From Candidatus Scalindua sp. (GTDB lineage Bacteria; Planctomycetota; Brocadiia; Brocadiales; Scalinduaceae), in contig JALDRA010000001.1 in NCBI GenBank assembly GCA_031316235.1, positions 330,001 to 362,000 on the forward strand: 32,000 nucleotides of DNA, in the 5' to 3' direction. This document shows positions 16,006 through 24,616 of this stretch, one piece after another. Within the stretch, counting starts at the first letter, position 1, and each line of letters opens with the position of its first letter. A program made the position numbers and the translations under genes. A model generated the notes under the pieces. That model saw nothing but the letters and a program-made list of their open reading frames with translations, searched no databases and was not told the origin of the DNA.

Positions 16006-17001
16006 ATGCATTTCCCAAAGTATCGACCTCGCAGATTAAGAAGCAGTAAACTTATGCGTGCACTCGTCCGTGAGGAACACCTCTCGGTCAATGACCTCAT
16101 TATGCCACTCTTTGTCCGTCCTGGAAGCGGCCTCAAGCGTGAAATCACTTCAATGCCGGGAAATTATCAATTCTCAGTTGATACCTTGGTAGAAGAAGTC
16201 CGTGAACTTGCAGATCTTGGCATTCCAGGCGTTATATTATTCGGCATTCCTGAAAAAAAAGACGGGCTGGGAACCGAAGCATACGCTGATGACGGTATTA
16301 TACAAAAAGCAGTGAGAGCAATTAAGAAAAATGTTTCAGATATCCTCGTTATCACCGATGTCTGCATGTGTGAGTACACAGATCATGGTCATTGTGGGTA
16401 TATAAGGACGGATGAGAAAACAGGGGAGCATCTGGTAGACAATGATGAGACCCTGAAACTTCTCTCCCGGGAAGCACTGTCCCATGCAGATGCAGGTGTA
16501 GACATTGTTGCCCCAAGTGACATGATGGATGGACGTGTGGATGCTATCAGGACTATCCTTGATGATAACGGTTACGGGGAAATTCCTATTATGTCTTACG
16601 CAGCCAAGTATGCCTCGGCATTTTACGGACCATTCAGAGATGCCGCTGAATCACCGCCGAGTTTTGGTGATAGAAAATCGTACCAGATGGACCCGGCAAA
16701 TGCGAGAGAAGCCTTGCGCGAGGTATCCCTGGATATTGACGAGGGAGCGGATATTGTAATGGTAAAACCAGCACTTCCGTATCTTGACATTATCAAGCTC
16801 ATTAAGGACACCTTCGAATATCCTGTAGCCGCTTACAACGTCAGTGGTGAATTTTCCATGGTAAAGGCGGCTCATGAAAAGGGGTGGATTGATGAGAGAA
16901 GTGTTGCCATGGAGTCATTACTGGGAATGAAAAGGGCAGGTGCCGACATTATCCTCACCTATTGGGCGAAGGATGCTGCACGCTGGCTCACAACGTGTTA
17001 A
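16006..17001 (+). CDS. hemB: Porphobilinogen synthase (delta-aminolevulinic acid dehydratase)
   Basis: The protein is full length at 331 aa. It has the Zn-site Cys cluster [14 protein letters not shown] and the active-site Lys regions ([17 protein letters not shown] and [10 protein letters not shown]). Confidence 0.95.
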   Translation: MHFPKYRPRRLRSSKLMRALVREEHLSVNDLIMPLFVRPGSGLKREITSMPGNYQFSVDTLVEEVRELADLGIPGVILFGIPEKKDGLGTEAYADDGIIQKAVRAIKKNVSDILVITDVCMCEYTDHGHCGYIRTDEKTGEHLVDNDETLKLLSREALSHADAGVDIVAPSDMMDGRVDAIRTILDDNGYGEIPIMSYAAKYASAFYGPFRDAAESPPSFGDRKSYQMDPANAREALREVSLDIDEGADIVMVKPALPYLDIIKLIKDTFEYPVAAYNVSGEFSMVKAAHEKGWIDERSVAMESLLGMKRAGADIILTYWAKDAARWLTTC

Positions 17002-17006
17002 CCGAA

Positions 17007-17146
17007 TATACTCATTTCATAATGGTTTTCGGATAAAATCCGAGAAAAAACGGAGCGAGTAAAGTCCTCGGCGTTTTTTGTCCGGGGATACCATTAACCA
17101 GGATTTGGTTTCCGGTAAAACCGGAAACCAAATCGGTTTTAGTATA
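17007..17146 (+). repeat. Family A repeat, copy A3 (long form, best-preserved hairpins)
   Basis: It starts 5 nt after the hemB stop. A perfect 14-bp stem GATTTGGTTTCCGG/CCGGAAACCAAATC spans 17102-17134 with a TAAAA loop and is followed by GGTTTT. Confidence 0.9.
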
Positions 17147-17279
17147 AACCGTAGTCAGATTGACAGAAAAGAAAATGCGACTCTGGCTTTATTTCACTAA
17201 CAATAGTTGCAAAAGCACCACCTATCCGAACGGATTCATCCTGGCGATCTTCGCTATTCTAAGGAGTAATATTTTATTT

Positions 17280-17437
17280 TAACGCAGAGGAGCAGAGGGC
17301 GCGGAGAAAAGCAAATTTCTGTTGTAGGGGTGCCCGTCCGAACGGTTGGGCCAGACGGGCAAAATTGGAACGACTAACTTTCACTCTCCGTCCTTCGCGC
17401 CCTGGTTTAAGGAAGCTCTCACACTCATCCAGCGTTA
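17280..17437. repeat. Imperfect nested inverted repeat (foldback) of unknown nature
   Basis: The outer arms are TAACGC (17280-17285) and GCGTTA (17432-17437). AGGGCGCG pairs with CGCGCCCT around 17296/17396. A perfect 8-bp inner stem TGCCCGTC (17331-17338) pairs with GACGGGCA (17354-17361). Confidence 0.5.
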
Positions 17438-17621
17438 AATAAAACCGCTATCCTTGTGAATCGCATAACATCATATATTATGCATTTGTTACATTTCCTA
17501 AAGGAAGAGTACCAATAACAGTTAAAGAAATACGTTTCAAGGCCAAAAAAAGTCCAAAAAAGCGTATCTGGAAGGCATTTTTTGTTACAGATACCCATTC
17601 TGTAACATGAGACAGGAAAAC

Positions 17622-17650
17622 TTGAAACAGAATGGACAACAGTGTTTCAA
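17622..17650 (-). terminator. Candidate intrinsic terminator after the toxin remnant
   Basis: On the minus strand, a perfect 8-bp stem TTGAAACA/TGTTTCAA with a 13-nt loop is followed by GTTTTCC. It lies immediately after the stop at 17652. Confidence 0.35.
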
Positions 17651-17651
17651 A

Positions 17652-17993
17652 TCAAATCGTTACAAGTTTAGGGAGCCTTATAAATGTTACCCCTATCAAT
17701 TGTTTAATGACTTCCTTGTCAGATTTTGATAAATCTTCTTTTTCTTTCTTCTCATAAAGAGCCAGCATCCATATAGTGTCTTTTTCTGCATGGTGAAAGT
17801 ATATGACACGCAAACCACCTCTTTTCCCTTGCCCTTTCTGTCGCCATCTCAATTTTCGCGCTCTGCCTGTGCGTTGAATAATATCTCCTGCATCGGGCGT
17901 AAAACGCAGAAACCATTGCATTGCTGTATATTCATCATCCGATAACAGTGTAGTTACTCTTCGCTTGAACGGAAACCCGTGTTTGAACGCAAA
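17652..17993 (-). pseudogene. RelE-superfamily (PF06296-like, GKRGG-RVIY motif) toxin gene lacking a start codon; no antitoxin gene downstream
   Basis: The frame reads (F)AFKHGFPFKRRVTTLLSDDEYTAMQWFLRFTPDAGDIIQRTGRARKLRWRQKGQGKRGGLRVIYFHHAEKDTIWMLALYEKKEKEDLS. It matches the family from its first residues. The position where the initiator Met is expected is TTT, inside a palindrome arm. The first in-frame ATG is at 17921. Confidence 0.55.
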
Positions 17994-18104
17994 CTGCCCA
18001 GGTACAAGGCGCGTGAAAATTTCGTAACCGGAGCGTACTTAAGTACGTGAGGATTACGAGATTTTAACAGCAACGCCGTAGATGGGCAGTTTGCGTTCAA
18101 ACAC
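17979..18104. repeat. 126-bp near-perfect palindromic element (22-bp perfect outer arms, nested inner arms, central CGTACTTAAGTACG)
   Basis: GTGTTTGAACGCAAACTGCCCA (17979-18000) is the exact reverse complement of 18083-18104. The inner pair is GAAAATTTCGTAA / TTACGAGATTTT. A central 14-bp perfect palindrome lies at 18034-18047. Confidence 0.85.
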
Positions 18105-19090
18105 TAGTTACCAGATTTTACAAGCTCTACTGTTTTTTTAACCCGCAGCAAGCGTTCGGTACTCGCAGGATGATTCCGGAGAAAGCTCTTCGACCGGCTC
18201 ATTGGCATTTCCAATGCAAACCTCCTCCAGAGCCCCACACCCTTCTCTATGTCATAGCCAGCACGGTGAGCATAGAGAAGGCCCAGGTAATCGGCCTCTC
18301 TCTCATTGTCTCTGCTGTAAGGCCCATAGAGAGACTTATACGTAAGAGGAGCAAATGGTCCCGTAATACCGCTGAAAATGCCACAAAGTGCCGCCATACC
18401 CAGGTTCCTGGGTATGTGTTTTGATGTCAGGTGTGCTAACTCATGTCCCATAATAACGGCCAGTTCATTATCATCCTCCACAAAATTGACCAACCCCAAG
18501 GTAAATACAATTCCAGAAAACCCGGCATATGCATTAATAGTGCCCGTTTCTTTAAGAACAATTCTCACGTAAGGGGTCTCCACTGGTTTCACCTTATATG
18601 AGAACGCATCCCCCCCCCTTTCTATGACAACTATGTGGGTTTTGTCTGCTTCAAATACACTATCCTTACAATCATCATACACCTCACCGTCAATAGTCTT
18701 TATATAATCACCAACTTTAAGACCCGCCTCTTCCGCGATACTGTCAGGAGCTACCCTCAATACTACACAGCCTTTGTCTGAGGACAGATTAAACAGCCTG
18801 GCAATCTCTTCTGAATTATCACCGATCAGGGCGCCGATAGCAGCACGCTTTTTTATTATACCATCCGGCAGGGTATTCAATACGTTGACCCCCACCTCCC
18901 AGACCCTTCCCCAATTATTTACATAGATTCCTGCTGCCTGTTTCTCTATCTCATCCTCCAGCTGTTCAAGCTCATTCTTTGAAATTGGAGGCCCGGTATT
19001 GGCACATCCAATGGCAAAGAAGAGGATAAGCACCAGCAGTGATACGGTGAAGATCGTGGTCCTAGAATTTTTTTTTACCATTTTTTTCAA
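18104..19090 (-). CDS. M48-family zinc metallopeptidase lipoprotein with internal PDZ domain
   Basis: A lipoprotein signal peptide and lipobox are present (LILFFAIGC). The PDZ-like segment is GCVVLRVAPDSIAEEAGLKVGDYIKTIDGE. The zinc motif is HELAHLTSKH, and a C-terminal E...D.G motif (EREADYLG) follows. Confidence 0.8.
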   Translation of the reverse strand: MKKMVKKNSRTTIFTVSLLVLILFFAIGCANTGPPISKNELEQLEDEIEKQAAGIYVNNWGRVWEVGVNVLNTLPDGIIKKRAAIGALIGDNSEEIARLFNLSSDKGCVVLRVAPDSIAEEAGLKVGDYIKTIDGEVYDDCKDSVFEADKTHIVVIERGGDAFSYKVKPVETPYVRIVLKETGTINAYAGFSGIVFTLGLVNFVEDDNELAVIMGHELAHLTSKHIPRNLGMAALCGIFSGITGPFAPLTYKSLYGPYSRDNEREADYLGLLYAHRAGYDIEKGVGLWRRFALEMPMSRSKSFLRNHPASTERLLRVKKTVELVKSGN

Positions 19091-19115
19091 CCTTCCTGAT
19101 TTGTAATAAGCATAA

Positions 19116-19155
19116 ATACGAAAACCGATCTGGTTTTAGATTTTTCTAAAAACCA
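19116..19155 (-). repeat. Family A fragment (right-end hairpin only, inverted)
   Basis: AAACCGATCTGGTTTTAGATTTTTCTAAAAACCA matches the fragments at 1261-1310 and 15750-15775. Confidence 0.65.
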
Positions 19156-19361
19156 TCCTCTCTTTGTGATGCAATGTTAACAAATTGGCATAGAGAAAGA
19201 AAACCAGAAAATAGTCCGCAGATCACCAGCCGGCAAGTCTTGCAGTTTTATTCATTCTGTCCCGCACCTGTTTGACTTCTACAGTAAATCATTTCTTGAC
19301 AATAGATACTGCTGCATTTATGGTATACTCTTTATTTTTCCCTGTCACCCCCGGCCATGCG

Positions 19362-21449
19362 ATGATAAGAAAAGCAAAAAGTGTCTGCCCGCACGATTGT
19401 CCTGATACCTGTGGAATACTTGCTTCTGTTTCTGAAGGAAAACTTGTTAAAGTTCAAGGAGACCCGGACCACTTTGGTACCAGGGGTTTTCTCTGTAAAA
19501 AAGTGAGAAATTATCCTGAAAGAGTCTACAGCCCTGACAGATTATTATACCCGCTCAAAAGAGTCGGAAAGAAGGGTACAGGAGCATTTGAGAGGATATC
19601 ATGGGATGAGGCAGCAAAAACTATAACCAGAAAATTCCATGAAACGATTTCAAGTAATGGGTCTGAATCGATATTACCTTTTTCCGGTTCGGGAACACTT
19701 GGATTAGTAAACGGTAGTGTTGCCGGTAAAAGATTTTTCAATCGCCTCGGTGCATCACGTCTCGACCGGACAATATGCTCGAAGGGAGGGAGAATAGGAT
19801 ATAAATATACACTTGGGGCTTCCCTGGGAGCAGACCCATTAGCTATTCCACGATCGAAACTCATCATCTCGTGGGGAACGAATCCCTATTCTACGAATAT
19901 CCACCAGATACCTCTCATACAGGAAGCAAAAAAAAACGGGGCCACGTACATCGTAGTAAATCCCTGCAAGATAAAGTCAGTCGCAATGGCAGACCTATTT
20001 CTTCAACCGAAGCCCGGAAGTGATGCAGCACTCGCATTGGGAGTAATGAACATAATCATTAACAACTCTTTATATGACAAGGATTTCGTTGAGAAGCATA
20101 CAGAGGGGTTTGCAGCGCTGACTAAAAGGGTCCAGGAATATCCCCCGGAAAAGGCAGCAGAGATTACGGGTATAAAAAAAGAGATGATCCAGGAATTTGC
20201 AAAGCTGTACGCCCGCCAAATCCCATCTTTTATCTATGCCGGATCGGGAATGCAACATCATACAAATGGAGGTATGATGATACGGACAATCTCCTGTTTA
20301 CCCGGTCTCGTCGGTGCATGGAAATATCCGGGAGGAGGCATGTTCTATCCAACCAGTGAGTCATTCCCCATTAACTGGGAAAATATTGAAGGCGGAGAGC
20401 TCTGTCCAAACACTCCGAGATCTATTAATATGAACCAATTGGGCGAAACACTCCTCCATGCAAATCCAAAAATTCACGGTCTCTACATATACAATGCAAA
20501 CCCTGCTGCCGTTCTCTTTAATCAACGAAAGGTAATTGGGGGTCTCTGCCGCGAAGATCTCTTCACCGTTGTACATGAACAACTCTTTACCGATACGGTT
20601 CGCTATGCCGACATTGTCCTGCCTGCCACAACCCAATTCGAACAAACGGACCTGCATCATTCCTACTTTCACTTATCACTGCAATTAAACGAACCAGTGA
20701 TTGAGCCTTTAGGTCAAAGCAGATCGAACATTGATACCTTCAGGATACTGGCACAAGCAATGGGTTTCAAGGAAACGTGCTTTCAGGAAACAGCGTTTGA
20801 CATCATTAACCGTGCCTTGGAAACAGACAGCCCCTATCTGAAAGGGATTACACTTGACAGGTTGAAAGAAGGCGGAGTATTGCGTTTAAGCCTGCCAGAT
20901 GAATTTCACCTGCCATACCCTGATCTTGTTTTCCCTACACCATCTGGAAAGATCGAATTTTATTCGGAAAGGATGAAGTCGAAGGATTTCAATCCGCTAC
21001 CCTCTCACAACCCTCTTGAGGAAGGGCCATTACGTTCTCCGGATCTCTACAAAAAATATCCGATTTATCTTCTAACACCCTCGGCAAAATCATTTTTAAA
21101 TTCTAATTTTGCCAATCTTTCCTCCTCAAAGAGTGCAGAGAAGCGACCTACCCTGGAAATGCATTCTGAAGATGCGGAAAAACGTAAGATACAGACCGGT
21201 GATCTTGTAAAAGTCTTTAATGATCGCGGAGAATGTTATCTGTGGGCCGTTATTGAGGATAGCGTAAAAGAGGGTGTAGCAGTCAATACAGGAATCTGGT
21301 GGAATTCCTTAAGTCCCGGAGGGTGTAACAGTAATCAGACAACACCTGACCGAACAGCAGACCTGGGCGGAGGCTCAACCTACAACACTAACCTGGTCCA
21401 GATTGAAAAGGCGGATGATCATACTCTTTCGACAGTTTTATCCTCCTAA
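19362..21449 (+). CDS. Cytoplasmic molybdopterin (bis-MGD) oxidoreductase, DMSO-reductase superfamily, substrate unknown
   Basis: The N-terminal 4Fe-4S motif is C-PHD-C-PDT-C...GFLC. Molybdopterin-binding signatures are present (IISWGTNP, YIVVNP, QPKPGSDAAL). The C-terminal beta-barrel segment is GDLVKVFNDRGECYLWAVI. There is no Tat signal. I place the start at ATG 19362; the 30 codons upstream in the track ORF have no family support. Confidence 0.85.
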   Translation: MIRKAKSVCPHDCPDTCGILASVSEGKLVKVQGDPDHFGTRGFLCKKVRNYPERVYSPDRLLYPLKRVGKKGTGAFERISWDEAAKTITRKFHETISSNGSESILPFSGSGTLGLVNGSVAGKRFFNRLGASRLDRTICSKGGRIGYKYTLGASLGADPLAIPRSKLIISWGTNPYSTNIHQIPLIQEAKKNGATYIVVNPCKIKSVAMADLFLQPKPGSDAALALGVMNIIINNSLYDKDFVEKHTEGFAALTKRVQEYPPEKAAEITGIKKEMIQEFAKLYARQIPSFIYAGSGMQHHTNGGMMIRTISCLPGLVGAWKYPGGGMFYPTSESFPINWENIEGGELCPNTPRSINMNQLGETLLHANPKIHGLYIYNANPAAVLFNQRKVIGGLCREDLFTVVHEQLFTDTVRYADIVLPATTQFEQTDLHHSYFHLSLQLNEPVIEPLGQSRSNIDTFRILAQAMGFKETCFQETAFDIINRALETDSPYLKGITLDRLKEGGVLRLSLPDEFHLPYPDLVFPTPSGKIEFYSERMKSKDFNPLPSHNPLEEGPLRSPDLYKKYPIYLLTPSAKSFLNSNFANLSSSKSAEKRPTLEMHSEDAEKRKIQTGDLVKVFNDRGECYLWAVIEDSVKEGVAVNTGIWWNSLSPGGCNSNQTTPDRTADLGGGSTYNTNLVQIEKADDHTLSTVLSS

Positions 21450-21545
21450 AAAAAACGTTGAAATATTGTGATATTTTGCTTTAATGTTCATTGTAAGTAA
21501 AAACCCAACTTTTATAAAGAGACTCCTTCAACCAATGGATACCGT

Positions 21546-22802
21546 ATGATTTATAGAAAAATTAACATTCCTGATAATGGGAAAAACATTGTGGTTAATG
21601 ACGATTTTTCCCTTGACGTCCCTGACAATCCAATTATCGGTTTCATTGAAGGCGACGGAATAGGCATCGATATAACCCCTGTAATGCGTGCGGTGGTAGA
21701 TGCTGCGGTTGAGAAAGCATTCGCCAGTGAACGCTCAATCGCATGGATGGAAATCTATGCGGGTGAAAAATCGGTGCGAATGTATGGAGAAAACGAATGG
21801 TTACCTGATGAAACACTGCAGGCACTCAGAGCCTGCAGTGTCGCTATTAAAGGGCCGTTGACGACACCTGTTGGCGGCGGAATCCGCTCCCTGAATGTCG
21901 CATTACGCCAGTTACTTGATCTCTATGTCTGCCAACGTCCTGTACGCTATTTTCCTGGTACACCAAGTCCGCTTAAATCACCGGAACTCACGGATATGGT
22001 AATCTTTCGTGAAAATTCAGAAGATATTTATGCTGGTATTGAGTGGGAGGCAAACAGTAATGAAGCAAAACAGGTAATCGATTTCCTGCAAAATGAAATG
22101 GGAGTAACCAAGATCCGATTCCCGGAAAATTGCGGTATAGGAATAAAACCTGTCTCTGAACATGGTACAAAACGTCTTGTCCGCAAGGCTATTCAGTATG
22201 CCATTGATAATAATCGTACATCGGTAACTTTAGTTCATAAGGGTAATATTATGAAATTTACCGAAGGGGCATTCAAGCAATGGGGATATGATCTGGCTCA
22301 AGAAGAATTTGGTGCGGTGGAGATAGATGGCGGGCCATGGTGTTCAATGAAAAATCCTTCAACCGGTAAGGAAATTATTATCAAAGATGTCATTGCCGAT
22401 GCATTTCTGCAGCAAATTCTCTTACGCCCTGCTGATTATGATATAATCGCCACTTTAAATCTCAATGGCGATTATATCTCTGACGCCTTGGCTGCACAGG
22501 TAGGCGGCATCGGTATTGCACCGGGTGCAAACTTATCTGACAGTATTGGATTATTCGAGGCCACTCACGGAACGGCACCTAAATATGCAGGTCACAATAA
22601 AGTCAACCCCGGATCATTAATTCTATCAGCCGAAATGTTATTACGTCACATCGGCTGGCAAGAGGCTGCCGATCTGGTCATAAAAGGTTTATCAGCTGCC
22701 ATTGAAGCGAAAACAGTAACCTATGACCTTGAACGCTTAATCGACAACGCCACTTTGCTGAGTTGTTCAGAATTTGGTGAAGCAATCATTCAGCATATGT
22801 AA
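21546..22802 (+). CDS. icd: NADP-dependent isocitrate dehydrogenase (homodimeric, E. coli type)
   Basis: The protein is 418 aa. Motifs are [47 protein letters not shown] and [12 protein letters not shown]. Confidence 0.95.
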   Translation: MIYRKINIPDNGKNIVVNDDFSLDVPDNPIIGFIEGDGIGIDITPVMRAVVDAAVEKAFASERSIAWMEIYAGEKSVRMYGENEWLPDETLQALRACSVAIKGPLTTPVGGGIRSLNVALRQLLDLYVCQRPVRYFPGTPSPLKSPELTDMVIFRENSEDIYAGIEWEANSNEAKQVIDFLQNEMGVTKIRFPENCGIGIKPVSEHGTKRLVRKAIQYAIDNNRTSVTLVHKGNIMKFTEGAFKQWGYDLAQEEFGAVEIDGGPWCSMKNPSTGKEIIIKDVIADAFLQQILLRPADYDIIATLNLNGDYISDALAAQVGGIGIAPGANLSDSIGLFEATHGTAPKYAGHNKVNPGSLILSAEMLLRHIGWQEAADLVIKGLSAAIEAKTVTYDLERLIDNATLLSCSEFGEAIIQHM

Positions 22803-22817
22803 CCATGGTTTTTACTA

Positions 22818-22847
22818 TTGACAAACTCTATCAGGTAAATGTATACT
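22818..22847 (+). promoter_or_regulatory. Sigma-70-like promoter candidate (TTGACA-18 nt-TATACT) with about 250-nt leader
   Basis: A perfect -35 TTGACA lies at 22818-22823 and TATACT at 22842-22847. The next start codon on this strand is at 23108. Confidence 0.35.
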
Positions 22848-23107
22848 CGTACTTTATGCTCGAGTCTCTGAGCAATTTCGCCTATCTGAAGATGTGATCT
22901 ATGCCTTAGGAAGTGCGTATGTTTTCGTGACATATCATTTTCCCAATCACCTATCAAGTAACACTGGTTTTTTTATAAATGCCGGTTTACTTTTTCCATA
23001 CACGTATTGTAGTAAGGAGAGCAGAAAAACAACCCTCCTTAACTATTAAGTCTATTTCTTATCTCAAAAATATTACTCTTAGATAACATTAACGAAATAA
23101 ATCGCTT

Positions 23108-24577
23108 ATGTACATTATCTTCGGATGTGGTTCAACCGGAAATGCTGTTACAGACACCTTGACGAAATTGGAGAAAGAGGTGTTGGTAGTAGATCGGGAT
23201 GCGTCCGTTTTGTCAAAATGGCAGGATCTGCATGTCAATGTATTAGCTTCTGAAATAACCTCTTTTGACATAAATAATCCATTATGTGTACAAGCGAATA
23301 TTATCATGATCCTCACGGGGGATACAAAAAGTAATGTAATACTGCTGAAAAAATTAAAGGTCAAATATCCGCTCAAGTTCGTACTTGTTAAGGCTTCGGA
23401 TCAAGATGAAGCAGATACGTTAAAAGCCAATGGTGCTGATCTGGTACTACATACCGGTAAAATATTGGCACAAGCCATCTTCCCTGAACTTGAGAGTGTA
23501 GAGATGAAACAGTCTGCTTATTCATTAGTCAACACCATAAAGGAAGCTAATGGTAAAGGTCTGGCAATTTTCTTACAAGACAATCCAGATCCAGACGCAA
23601 TTGCCTCAGGACTTACCCTGAAACACATTAGTAAATTCTTTGATGTGGAAAGCAACATCTACTATGGAGGAAGTATCAGCCACCAGAAGAATAAGGCGCT
23701 GATTAATCTGTTAAATATGGATTTGATAGAGGCAAAAACTTCAGAAGAAGCAATGGAAATTGTAAGAAATGCCGGAAAGATTGCATTAGTGGAAGCTTCC
23801 ATCCCATCTAAAAATAATATTTTGCCTGCAGATGTAATACCTGATATGATTTTTGACCATCACCCTGTTGATCTAAATTCAGTAAAGGGAGATTTTATCG
23901 ATATCCAGCCAAAATTGGGTGCTACCGCTACGATAATGACTAAATACATCCGGCAGTTAAACATCAAACCAAATCATCAGCTTGCAACAGCATTGCTCTA
24001 TGGAATCAGAACAGACACCAGAGAATTTACCAGAAACACCTCATCTGATGATTTGATAGCAGTATCCTATCTTTCTCCTTTGGCAGATGGCAATATATTG
24101 AGTCAATTAGAATCACCACCCATGAGTGCAGAAACTCTTGATATTATTGGAAGAGCAATCCGAAACAGGGAAATTAGAGGCTCTTACCTCGCATCATTTG
24201 TAGAATTTATCAGTGAAAGAGACGCCCTGCCACAGGCTGCAGAAATGATGTTGCAGCTTGAAGGAATTAACACCGTTCTCATCTTTGGTATCAACGAAGA
24301 TAAAGTTCAATTGTCGGCAAGGAGCCGGGATACAAGGGTTAATTTAGGAACTCTTTTACAAAGTGCCTTTGGCAAATTAAATTCAGGAGGCCATGCTACA
24401 ATGGCCGCTGGTGTCATTAATCTTGGTATTCTAGGTGATGCAAATGATCGTACTTCTCTTTTAAAAGTCACATCTGATGCCGTCAGGAAGAAGTTTTTTT
24501 CTGCAGTCGGAGCAGAATCCGAGAAAGAAAAACTGTCAATAATCGAAGAACCCAAGGCACGCATAGCTCGAATGTAA
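23108..24577 (+). CDS. TrkA-N (RCK_N, NAD-binding) domain fused to a DHH/DHHA1 phosphoesterase (NrnA/c-di-AMP-phosphodiesterase-like)
   Basis: The N-terminus IIFGCGSTGNAVT...VLVVDRD has a Rossmann/TrkA_N layout. DHH motifs follow: NPDPDAIAS, IFDHHP, LLYGIRTDTREFT. The DHHA1 motif is NSGGHATMAAG. Confidence 0.8.
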   Translation: MYIIFGCGSTGNAVTDTLTKLEKEVLVVDRDASVLSKWQDLHVNVLASEITSFDINNPLCVQANIIMILTGDTKSNVILLKKLKVKYPLKFVLVKASDQDEADTLKANGADLVLHTGKILAQAIFPELESVEMKQSAYSLVNTIKEANGKGLAIFLQDNPDPDAIASGLTLKHISKFFDVESNIYYGGSISHQKNKALINLLNMDLIEAKTSEEAMEIVRNAGKIALVEASIPSKNNILPADVIPDMIFDHHPVDLNSVKGDFIDIQPKLGATATIMTKYIRQLNIKPNHQLATALLYGIRTDTREFTRNTSSDDLIAVSYLSPLADGNILSQLESPPMSAETLDIIGRAIRNREIRGSYLASFVEFISERDALPQAAEMMLQLEGINTVLIFGINEDKVQLSARSRDTRVNLGTLLQSAFGKLNSGGHATMAAGVINLGILGDANDRTSLLKVTSDAVRKKFFSAVGAESEKEKLSIIEEPKARIARM

Positions 24578-24616
24578 AAAGGTAAAAACGAGAGAATCAA
24601 ATCGCAGGAGGTCTAT

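Noticed and set aside
19272-19361. 30-codon N-terminal extension of the molybdopterin oxidoreductase ORF (TTG start)
   Set aside because: The family begins with the Fe-S motif a few residues after the Met. The extension is hydrophobic but is not a Tat signal (no RR motif), and it overlaps the extended -10-like TGGTATACT. ATG 19362 is preferred.
19526-20672. Minus-strand ORFs 19526-19867, 20070-20261 and 20361-20672
   Set aside because: They are antisense to the molybdopterin oxidoreductase gene.
22854-23107. A c-di-AMP (ydaO/kimA) or other known riboswitch in the leader of the TrkA-N/DHH gene
   Set aside because: I could not find the conserved cores of any riboswitch class I know by eye. 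The region is kept only as an unexplained long leader.
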